From a virus: a stretch of 64,000 nt of DNA. Location: the IMG/VR virus record IMGVR_UViG_3300021425_003051, positions 3,019 through 67,018 of that record. One strand, 5' to 3'. Below, one piece after another: positions 1-6,760 of this stretch (positions within the stretch are counted from its first letter, which is position 1; every line of letters begins with the position of its first letter). The notes beneath the pieces are model-generated. The model did not search any database and was not told the origin of the DNA. It was given only the letters and a program-made list of their open reading frames with translations. The translations under genes were made by a program, and so were the position numbers.

Positions 1-462
1 GCAGTAACAGTTACAAAGAAACTTCCTCCCAATCCTTTTGTTCATGAGATTTTGGAACTTGTTTCCAAACAGAGAACCATCAACAAAAAGATTGAAATTT
101 TAAAGGAATATAGAAACGATGCTCTGACTGCTGTCTTGATCTGGAACTTTGATGACAGTGTGATCTCACTCCTCCCACAGGGTGATGTGCCCTATGAGAG
201 GAATGAGGTCCCTGTAGGGACCGATCACACGTCTTTGAGGAAAGAGTGGAGGAACATGTATCACTTTGTTAAGGGTGGTAATGATAGTCTTTCTAAGACC
301 CGCAGAGAGACCATGTTCATTCAGATGTTAGAAGGTCTCCATCCTGAAGAGGCAGACCTGGTGTGTCTAGTCAAGGATAAAGGACTAACAACCAAGTATA
401 AGATTACAAAACAAGTAGTAGAACAAGCATTTCCAGATATTCGTTGGGGGGATCGAAGTTGA
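1..462 (+). CDS. conserved cyanophage hypothetical protein (5' truncated by window)
   Basis: Frame is open from base 1 (AVTVTKKLPPNPFVHEILELVSKQR...) to TGA at 460-462, so the true start lies upstream. Confidence 0.7.
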   Translation, partial: AVTVTKKLPPNPFVHEILELVSKQRTINKKIEILKEYRNDALTAVLIWNFDDSVISLLPQGDVPYERNEVPVGTDHTSLRKEWRNMYHFVKGGNDSLSKTRRETMFIQMLEGLHPEEADLVCLVKDKGLTTKYKITKQVVEQAFPDIRWGDRS

Positions 463-716
463 AGATTACTATCCTACACGAAGACTGTGATAAGGAACTA
501 GCGAACGATACAACTCTCCCATATACAACCTATCTCGTCGAGTATAGGTTAGACGGAACAGTTCGTTATGATATAGTGAACTGTAAGAAGATGATTGACA
601 TCTTTGATCATTACTGGGATCACTATCGTCACGACTTTATCAACATGACACAAACAGAAGGTAGGTGTAATCCTAAACTCTGGAATGATCCAAACAAACC
701 TAGTAAAAAGAAATGA
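444..716 (+). CDS. hypothetical protein
   Basis: ORF coupled to neighbours; start may be TTG at 459. Confidence 0.6.
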   Translation: MGGSKLKITILHEDCDKELANDTTLPYTTYLVEYRLDGTVRYDIVNCKKMIDIFDHYWDHYRHDFINMTQTEGRCNPKLWNDPNKPSKKK

Positions 717-907
717 GTAACGGTTTTGATATCAACTTTGAAGGTATAGATATGAATCCTGATCATGTTCAGGATCTTCTTAAAAAGTACAAGAAGATTA
801 AGAAATATCAGAAGTCTAATCTATTTGCCATCAAAACAATGGATGGAACTGAAGAAATCGTTTCCAAAATGATTGAAGAAGCCAGTGAGGCAGGATTTGA
901 CAGTTGA
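713..907 (+). CDS. hypothetical protein
   Basis: ATGA overlap with upstream ORF. Confidence 0.6.
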   Translation: MSNGFDINFEGIDMNPDHVQDLLKKYKKIKKYQKSNLFAIKTMDGTEEIVSKMIEEASEAGFDS

Positions 908-932
908 CATTCTTGGTAAATAAGAGTATGAT
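904..932 (+). promoter_or_regulatory. sigma70-type promoter TTGACA-N17-TATGAT
   Basis: Near-consensus boxes with 17-nt spacer; spacer also contains TAAATA (late-promoter-like). Confidence 0.7.
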
Positions 933-955
933 CCTTAGCATATATTACCCTCATC

Positions 956-1147
956 ATGTATAAACCATACTCACCTGAGTGGCACAGGTACAGATACTTA
1001 AAAGAAGCAATTGATAAGTATTTGGATGACTATATTGACAATGAAGTAATTGTTAATGACATTCTGGACATTGTATGTGCCCGTCAAGAACGAGCACATG
1101 CAGAGTATCATAAATTAGAAGACCTCGAATTAAAACTGCGGGACTAA
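956..1147 (+). CDS. hypothetical protein
   Basis: 63-aa ORF downstream of promoter. Confidence 0.65.
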   Translation: MYKPYSPEWHRYRYLKEAIDKYLDDYIDNEVIVNDILDIVCARQERAHAEYHKLEDLELKLRD

Positions 1148-1148
1148 T

Positions 1149-1463
1149 ATGCTATCTACTCAATACAGACTCCGACTGGAGTTCATCTGTAAGAAGATCG
1201 CTAACAAAGAAGAAGTAAAACTAGAGGATATGATTTGGGCAGAGAAACTTGCCAAACGTCATACCACAGCAAGAGACTGGCTAAACAAAGCACGTCGTCA
1301 AGCTGCCCAAGACATTGAGGAGGGCAGTATTGATGATTTTATGAATAAGATGGGACTAGGAGACCCCGACCCATCTAATTATAAAACGGGGTTTAGTGGT
1401 GCTGATGAAATTATAGATTGGTTCGCTAGAGATAAACCTGATGACTGGAGACAGAGAGACTAA
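1149..1463 (+). CDS. conserved cyanophage hypothetical protein
   Basis: MLSTQYRLRLEFIC...DDWRQRD, coupled to neighbours. Confidence 0.7.
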   Translation: MLSTQYRLRLEFICKKIANKEEVKLEDMIWAEKLAKRHTTARDWLNKARRQAAQDIEEGSIDDFMNKMGLGDPDPSNYKTGFSGADEIIDWFARDKPDDWRQRD

Positions 1464-1702
1464 TGAAAGCAATCATCTACAGTAACAGAAATCAAGAGTG
1501 TGAAAGAGCTCAGTCTTTCTTAGAGTCTTGTCATCTTGATGAGACTATTGTTTATTATTTGGACAAGGATTTCACTATTCAACAGTTCACAGATGAGTTT
1601 GGTGAGGGATCAGAGTTTCCACAGATTGCCATTGGAATTAAACATATTGGTAGTTTGAAAGACACTCTACATTACATGAACGAGAAGGGAATGTTCATTT
1701 AG
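1463..1702 (+). CDS. glutaredoxin-like protein with degenerate active site
   Basis: IIYS..NQEC.RA, FPQI.IG.KHIG motifs; only one Cys at the CxxC position. Confidence 0.6.
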   Translation: MKAIIYSNRNQECERAQSFLESCHLDETIVYYLDKDFTIQQFTDEFGEGSEFPQIAIGIKHIGSLKDTLHYMNEKGMFI

Positions 1703-1739
1703 TTCGGAGTGTAACAACTTATACACTTTGAACTGAGAC

Positions 1740-1769
1740 TTGACATATATAGTATATGTGGTCTACAAT
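1740..1769 (+). promoter_or_regulatory. sigma70-type promoter TTGACA-N18-TACAAT
   Basis: -35 at 1740-1745, -10 at 1764-1769; predicted start near 1776, immediately before the riboswitch-like CGTTCATCC. Confidence 0.65.
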
Positions 1770-1787
1770 AGACCTGTCGTTCATCCG

Positions 1788-1988
1788 ATGCTATCACTCC
1801 TGTTGGCATTGACCTTAGCCCATCATCAAGACGGTTCCCCCTACGGGTGGCACATGTCATGTGAAAGGTTCCTACAAAGACGAACAGAGATCCAGGCAGA
1901 TCCAAACCTTGACCTTAGGTCGAAGATGAATCTAATAGGGTATCTTAAGACTAAAGTAGAAGGTAAATGTGAAGGAGTGTATACATAG
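1788..1988 (+). CDS. small two-Cys protein inside aptamer 1 loop (66 aa)
   Basis: MLSLLLALTLAHHQDGSPYGWHMSC...GKCEGVYT; hydrophobic N-terminus; ATG at 1788. Confidence 0.7.
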   Translation: MLSLLLALTLAHHQDGSPYGWHMSCERFLQRRTEIQADPNLDLRSKMNLIGYLKTKVEGKCEGVYT

Positions 1989-2023
1989 GACGCAAGTAAG
2001 TCGCGGAACGGAGCGTTCATCCC

Positions 2024-2185
2024 ATGTTTGAATTATTACTTTACGCTTCTATCAATTGCAAAGATGCTTCTGATATGATCAGTCGTATCCGAGCAAATGA
2101 CAGTGTAAATAAAATCATTCAAACCGAGGTGATTGAAACCTTAAAGGAAGCAACACCTGAATGTAAGTGGGACGCACACGACTGA
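2024..2185 (+). CDS. small two-Cys protein inside aptamer 2 loop (53 aa), paralogue of 1788-1988
   Basis: Hand-translated MFELLLYASINCKDASDMISRIRANDSVNKIIQTEVIETLKEATPECKWDAHD; below ORF-track cutoff. Confidence 0.7.
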   Translation: MFELLLYASINCKDASDMISRIRANDSVNKIIQTEVIETLKEATPECKWDAHD

Positions 2186-2251
2186 AGGAACGGGAAAACG
2201 GATCCAGCGCAAGCTGAGAAGGTTAACTTTCCATTCTTTTAGGAGTCAATC

Positions 2252-2416
2252 ATGAACACACTTAATCTCATCAAAAAGCAGATCGATAAGGCAGCCGCCC
2301 TTCATGACGCACAAATCAACATCACTAAGTATCGTGGTGTAGATTGTAAAGTTCATGAGGTATCTGAGGAAACTCACGGCACCTACTGCTATCGTGGTCG
2401 TACTTACGTCAAGTGA
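2252..2416 (+). CDS. DUF4278-like 'downstream peptide' (54 aa)
   Basis: MNTLNLIKKQIDKAAALHDAQINITKYRGVDC...YCYRGRTYVK with two YRG motifs; AGGAG Shine-Dalgarno at 2241-2245. Confidence 0.75.
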   Translation: MNTLNLIKKQIDKAAALHDAQINITKYRGVDCKVHEVSEETHGTYCYRGRTYVK

Positions 2417-2420
2417 TATC

Positions 2421-2513
2421 ATGGAAGCAATTCAAGTCGCTGGAATCGTATCCCTTGGGTCTTTTGCTTTTATTTCCTTGATCTATAGTGAGTTAAGACT
2501 ACTGTACAGATAA
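2421..2513 (+). CDS. 30-aa single-pass membrane peptide
   Basis: MEAIQVAGIVSLGSFAFISLIYSELRLLYR, between DUF4278-like ORF and terminator. Confidence 0.5.
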   Translation: MEAIQVAGIVSLGSFAFISLIYSELRLLYR

Positions 2514-2522
2514 GATAGAAGG

Positions 2523-2549
2523 AGAACCTGCTTGACAGGTTCTTTTTTT
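2523..2549 (+). terminator. intrinsic terminator overlapping next promoter
   Basis: AGAACCTG-cttga-CAGGTTCT followed by T-run. Confidence 0.75.
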
Positions 2550-2560
2550 ATGCCTAAAAT
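2532..2560 (+). promoter_or_regulatory. sigma70-type promoter TTGACA-N17-TAAAAT
   Basis: -35 lies in terminator loop/3' arm; -10 at 2555-2560. Confidence 0.6.
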
Positions 2561-2580
2561 AGTATACCTGATGTCATATT

Positions 2581-2742
2581 ATGGAAAGAGACAAACTCAA
2601 ACTTATAGTTAGAAACCTCAAACTCCTAGTAGATGCATTAGAATCTGAGGTTTATTCTGATGTCAAGTCTTATACTGATAGACTTGAACAGACACTGCCA
2701 CCACTGGCTGATTATGATGAGGTATTTGAAGATGACGAGTAA
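2581..2742 (+). CDS. conserved cyanophage hypothetical protein (53 aa)
   Basis: Hand-translated MERDKLKLIVRNLKLLVDALESEVYSDV...DYDEVFEDDE. Confidence 0.7.
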   Translation: MERDKLKLIVRNLKLLVDALESEVYSDVKSYTDRLEQTLPPLADYDEVFEDDE

Positions 2743-2950
2743 TCAGGACTGGAGATACGATGAGAATCGTCTTAAATTGAGAGCTCAATGTATCAGAACA
2801 CTTCTTGCAAAATTTGGTACTGTTAAGATTGACGAAGCATCTTATAGTACAAAGAGCATCTATGAATGTGCAGACACTTGGGTTTCTCAAGGTAATGCAT
2901 CCACAAGTGGTCTTGTAGCTTATTTCAACGCTTACTTTAATGAAAAATAA
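2732..2950 (+). CDS. hypothetical protein
   Basis: Likely start ATG 2732 (MTSNQDWRYDE...), overlapping upstream stop. Confidence 0.6.
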   Translation: MTSNQDWRYDENRLKLRAQCIRTLLAKFGTVKIDEASYSTKSIYECADTWVSQGNASTSGLVAYFNAYFNEK

Positions 2951-3126
2951 TGGGCATGTACGAAGATTTAGATACGTTCGAGAAAGCACTTCAACACTTT
3001 GGAACAAGAGTTGAGGTCTATACTTCCATGGAGATGGGTGGTAAGATATCAGCTGAAGATGCCTATCAATTCATCAAAGCAGAACTAAAGGAACTCAAGA
3101 AAGTGAGAAAACAGGAGAGAAAATGA
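2950..3126 (+). CDS. hypothetical protein (58 aa)
   Basis: MGMYEDLDTFEKALQHFGTRVEV...KQERK; TAATG and ATGA coupling on both sides. Confidence 0.65.
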   Translation: MGMYEDLDTFEKALQHFGTRVEVYTSMEMGGKISAEDAYQFIKAELKELKKVRKQERK

Positions 3127-3761
3127 ACGATTGTAAATTGATTTCAGTGACACCCGACGCTGAGAAACACATTGCTTATTGTGCTCGTGTGAGCAATCCC
3201 TCTAATCAGGATAGTGAAAAGTTCTCTGGTTTGATTAAATACTGTATCAAACATCAACACTGGAGTATCTTTGAACAAGCTTTCATGACCCTGGAGATCT
3301 CAACTACCAGAGGACTAGCCGCTCAAGTCTTGCGCCATCGCTCGTTCACATATCAAGAGTTTTCTCAACGCTATGCTGATTCTTCCTTACTCTCAGAGAC
3401 GATCCCTTTACCTGAACTACGGAGTCAAGACACCAAGAATCGCCAGAATAGTATAGATGATGTTGATCCGTTCGTGGTTCAGAAATATGAGATGTTGATG
3501 CAGGATTATTTCAAGAAAGGAATGGAACTGTATCAAAAAATGTTGGACGAGGGAATTGCAAAAGAGTGTGCTCGCTTTGTACTTCCCCTCGCCGTACCAA
3601 CCAAAATGTACATGTCTGGCTCAATTCGTAGTTGGATCCATTACATCGATTTGAGATCCGCACATGGAACTCAGAAAGAACATATGGATATCGCTAACTC
3701 AGCAAAGAGTATCTTTATTGAACAGTTTCCATCCATTGCTGAAGCTTTGGAGTGGAACTAA
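3123..3761 (+). CDS. thyX: flavin-dependent thymidylate synthase
   Basis: HWSIFEQ, RHRSFTYQEFSQRY signature, ECARFVLP. Confidence 0.95.
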   Translation: MNDCKLISVTPDAEKHIAYCARVSNPSNQDSEKFSGLIKYCIKHQHWSIFEQAFMTLEISTTRGLAAQVLRHRSFTYQEFSQRYADSSLLSETIPLPELRSQDTKNRQNSIDDVDPFVVQKYEMLMQDYFKKGMELYQKMLDEGIAKECARFVLPLAVPTKMYMSGSIRSWIHYIDLRSAHGTQKEHMDIANSAKSIFIEQFPSIAEALEWN

Positions 3762-3785
3762 ATACAACACATGATGAGGTAAATT

Positions 3786-4037
3786 GTGGCGACATACCCT
3801 GTTAAACATAAGGAAACTGGTGAAACCAAAGAAGTCGTGATGAGTATCCATGACTGGGATCAGTGGAGAAATGATAACCCCGATTGGGAAAGGTATTATA
3901 CTCCAGACAATGCTCCTAAACTGGGTATTGAGATGGGTGAACCCTTCTCGAAACTTTACACTAAACATCCAGGTTGGAAAGATGTAATAGGACAAGCGAA
4001 GAAACAACCTGGAGCAACCATCAAACACTACGACTAA
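3786..4037 (+). CDS. conserved T4-like cyanophage hypothetical protein
   Basis: GTG start, SD GAGG; usual position between thyX and phoH. Confidence 0.7.
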   Translation: MATYPVKHKETGETKEVVMSIHDWDQWRNDNPDWERYYTPDNAPKLGIEMGEPFSKLYTKHPGWKDVIGQAKKQPGATIKHYD

Positions 4038-4041
4038 TTTT

Positions 4042-4806
4042 ATGCCAAGAAAGAGTAAGTCAGGTATCGGTAGTACCAATCCAGTCCCCTTCGGTATGAG
4101 TAATAGAGTGATGAAACGAAAGAAACCGATCAACCTTGATTATATTAAAAAGGTTGAACCACTGACTGAGAATCAAGAGACGTTCTTTGAATCTTACGCA
4201 GAAGATAAGAACCTGGTGGCATATGGTGTAGCTGGTACAGGAAAGACCTTTATTACCCTCTACAACGCTCTTCTTGATGTTTTAGATACGAAGACACCCT
4301 ACGAGAAGATTTACATCGTTAGGTCCCTTGTACCCACCAGAGAGATTGGTTTCCTCCCTGGTGATCATGAGGACAAATCTGATATCTATCAGATTCCATA
4401 TAAGAACATGGTGAAATACATGTTCGAGATGCCTGATGACAATTCTTTTGAGATGCTCTATGCAAATCTCAAGGCTCAGGGTACAATTAGTTTCTGGAGT
4501 ACATCTTTTATTAGAGGTACAACTTTTGATAATGCTATCCTCATCATTGACGAGTTTCAGAATCTGAACTTCCATGAACTTGACTCAATCATTACTAGGG
4601 TAGGTGAGAACAGCAAGATTCACTTCTGTGGAGACGCAACACAGACTGACCTGGTGAAGACTCATGAGAGGAATGGTATTGTTGATTTCATGAGAATCAT
4701 CAATCAAATGCCATCCTTCGATACCATTGAGTTCCAACCAGAGGACATCTGTAGAAGTGGTCTTGTTAAAGAATACATCGTCGCTAAACATGAATTGGGT
4801 CTATGA
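4042..4806 (+). CDS. phoH: PhoH-family ATPase
   Basis: GVAGTGKT Walker A, IGFLPG, RGTTFDNAILIIDEFQN, GDATQTD. Confidence 0.95.
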   Translation: MPRKSKSGIGSTNPVPFGMSNRVMKRKKPINLDYIKKVEPLTENQETFFESYAEDKNLVAYGVAGTGKTFITLYNALLDVLDTKTPYEKIYIVRSLVPTREIGFLPGDHEDKSDIYQIPYKNMVKYMFEMPDDNSFEMLYANLKAQGTISFWSTSFIRGTTFDNAILIIDEFQNLNFHELDSIITRVGENSKIHFCGDATQTDLVKTHERNGIVDFMRIINQMPSFDTIEFQPEDICRSGLVKEYIVAKHELGL

Positions 4807-5477
4807 CTTTTAACCATATTGAAATTGATTATCCGTCTCTCTCACGGGAGACGGTTGATGGAGTTAGATATTATGATACCCCAAATGGTAAAAAGTTAGT
4901 ATCCATCACATCTGTTATCAGTCATTACAATCGTGAGATCTTCCGTGAGTGGAGAGCAAAGGTAGGAGAAAAAGAAGCCAACAAAGTTACCAAACAGGCA
5001 ACTTCAAGAGGCACAGATATGCACACTCTCGCCGAGTATTATCTGAAAAATTCTAAACTACCTTCTGTCCAACCACTGTCTGAGATGTTATTCAAGCAGG
5101 CTATTCCTACCTTGAATAAGATTGATAACATTCATGCACAAGAACAATCACTATTCAGTTATGAGTTGGGTGTGGCTGGTAGTGTTGATTGTATCGCCGA
5201 GTATGAAGGTGAATTAGCTATCATTGATTTTAAGACAGCTAAGAAACCTAAACCCAAGAAGTGGGTTGACCATCACTTCGTCCAGTGTGCGGCATACGCA
5301 TGTATGTTGTATGAGATGACTGGAATTATGGTCAAGAAATTTGTAATCATTATGTCTTGTGAAGATGGAGAAGTAGTAGTCTATGAAGAATACGACAAGA
5401 GAAAGTACATCAACCTTCTCTCCGAATATATTAGAGAGTTTGTTGAATTCAAATTACAGGAATATGGCAAAACCTGA
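4803..5477 (+). CDS. PD-(D/E)XK exonuclease
   Basis: RGTDMH, AGSVDC...IIDFKT, QCAAYA motifs. Confidence 0.85.
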   Translation: MTFNHIEIDYPSLSRETVDGVRYYDTPNGKKLVSITSVISHYNREIFREWRAKVGEKEANKVTKQATSRGTDMHTLAEYYLKNSKLPSVQPLSEMLFKQAIPTLNKIDNIHAQEQSLFSYELGVAGSVDCIAEYEGELAIIDFKTAKKPKPKKWVDHHFVQCAAYACMLYEMTGIMVKKFVIIMSCEDGEVVVYEEYDKRKYINLLSEYIREFVEFKLQEYGKT

Positions 5478-5727
5478 AGACATCAATAAACTTATTGAGA
5501 ACAAGTTTTATTGTTCTCGTAAGTTCACAGAAGAAATCGAAACAATTGCCAAGGAAGGTAGTGGCATGAAGTACATTGATGCCATCGTTCACTTCTGTGA
5601 AGAAAATAATGTTGACATTGAGTCTGTTCCTAAGTTATTATCTAAACCTCTGAAAGAGAAGTTGAAGTACGAAGCTATGGAACTCAACTTACTCAAGAGA
5701 ACTTCACACGCGAAACTTCCTATATGA
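5464..5727 (+). CDS. gp33: late transcription co-activator gp33
   Basis: YIDAIVHFCEENNVDIESVPKLLSKPLKEKL..EA..LN; synteny with gp59/gp32; start ATG 5464. Confidence 0.85.
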   Translation: MAKPEDINKLIENKFYCSRKFTEEIETIAKEGSGMKYIDAIVHFCEENNVDIESVPKLLSKPLKEKLKYEAMELNLLKRTSHAKLPI

Positions 5728-6332
5728 TTCCTAAGGTGACTCCCTTTGACGCCTATAAGTCTTATCTTGGACTGAAGAACCACTTTACCAAACCCAAGTA
5801 TGACTACCATAAGTATTGTGGAAAGTCAAGAGCTTCTTTACAAAGTTTCTATAAACGCCGAGACAGGTTTTTCTTTGAGAAACTGAGTAGGCAAAAAGAT
5901 GATGCAGAAGTAATTGAATTCTTCGTCTCTAACTTTGTTGCATGTGATGATCCACAGTCTTTATGGATTGGTGAGATCATGCAGAATGGAGAGAAGAGTT
6001 ATACTGATTGGAAGAAGAGAACTCAATCATTATCTTATGTTTTTAAGGAAGAGGTAGAAACCGTATTTACAGGAAAGAAGTTTGATGATATGTTTGAACT
6101 CAAGGGGTTGAGTCATCCACAGATTATCAAAGAACATCTAGCCAAGAACATCTCTCTAGAGACAATTATCATTCTTGATAGGATTTTGGGTTTCAAGAAA
6201 ACCTTTGATAAGAAACTGGATGATCCTGTTTGGAAATTCCTCTCTATGAGGATGGATAAATATAACACCTTCCTGAAGATTGACATCTTCAAATACAAAA
6301 AGATTCTTAAGGACGTAGTAGTAGGACAATGA
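5724..6332 (+). CDS. gp59: helicase loader gp59
   Basis: YLGLKNHF..KYDYHKYCGK..FYKRRDRFFFEKL. Confidence 0.88.
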   Translation: MIPKVTPFDAYKSYLGLKNHFTKPKYDYHKYCGKSRASLQSFYKRRDRFFFEKLSRQKDDAEVIEFFVSNFVACDDPQSLWIGEIMQNGEKSYTDWKKRTQSLSYVFKEEVETVFTGKKFDDMFELKGLSHPQIIKEHLAKNISLETIIILDRILGFKKTFDKKLDDPVWKFLSMRMDKYNTFLKIDIFKYKKILKDVVVGQ

Positions 6333-6664
6333 GTTTCTTCGATTCCGAAATCGTACAACAGGAGATGAAAGAAATTTCAGAACTCCAAGATGAAATCTAT
6401 GCGAAGGTCTTCAGTTTCTCTTCAATGGATTCTGATGATAAACTAGAACACGTTGAAATGCTTGAGAACTTACTCAAGAAACAGAAAATTCTCTATACGA
6501 GACTCTCTCTGTCTGATGATCCAGAAGCAAAACTAATGAAGGAAAACATTCTTAAGTCTGCTAAGCAACTTGGTTTTCCATCCGATGTTGATTTGGGATA
6601 TGTCTTTTCAAATATGTCCGCCATCATCGATACTATGAAAAAATCAATACGAGAAGGGTCTTGA
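6329..6664 (+). CDS. conserved hypothetical (DUF1825-like) protein
   Basis: MSFFDSEIVQQEM...RLSLSDDPEA. Confidence 0.7.
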   Translation: MSFFDSEIVQQEMKEISELQDEIYAKVFSFSSMDSDDKLEHVEMLENLLKKQKILYTRLSLSDDPEAKLMKENILKSAKQLGFPSDVDLGYVFSNMSAIIDTMKKSIREGS

Positions 6665-6689
6665 CACTGGGTTCACTAGGATCTACACT
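6661..6689 (+). promoter_or_regulatory. sigma70-type promoter TTGACA-N17-TACACT for gp32
   Basis: Consensus -35 with 17-nt spacer. Confidence 0.65.
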
Positions 6690-6760
6690 AGACCAGGGGC
6701 TACCCAATCCCCTTTAAGCTACGGGACAAAAGCCAAATACGTTCAATACGAGGTAACACA

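Larger units (their letters stand above)
1778..2192 (+). ncRNA. tandem glutamine riboswitch-like element (glnA / Downstream-peptide family) with ORF-sized P2 loops
   Basis: CGTTCATCC(1778-1786)...GGACGCAAGTAAGTCGCGGAACG(1988-2010) and CGTTCATCCC(2014-2023)...GGGACGCACACGACTGAAGGAACG(2169-2192); CGTTC/GAACG P1 pairs; AGTCG/CGACT pairing flanked by AGTA/GAA; DUF4278-like ORF downstream. Confidence 0.75.

Noticed and set aside
1740-1787. TTG start at 1740 for the 82-aa ORF in the track
   Set aside because: The TTG is part of the -35 box TTGACA; the predicted transcript starts near 1776, so ATG 1788 is preferred
2660-2731. N-terminal extension of ORF 2660-2950
   Set aside because: Overlaps the better ORF 2581-2742 in another frame; ATG 2732 fits translational coupling
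4803-5477. Cas4/CRISPR association of the exonuclease
   Set aside because: No repeat-spacer array or other cas genes seen; this is the usual cyanomyovirus exonuclease next to phoH
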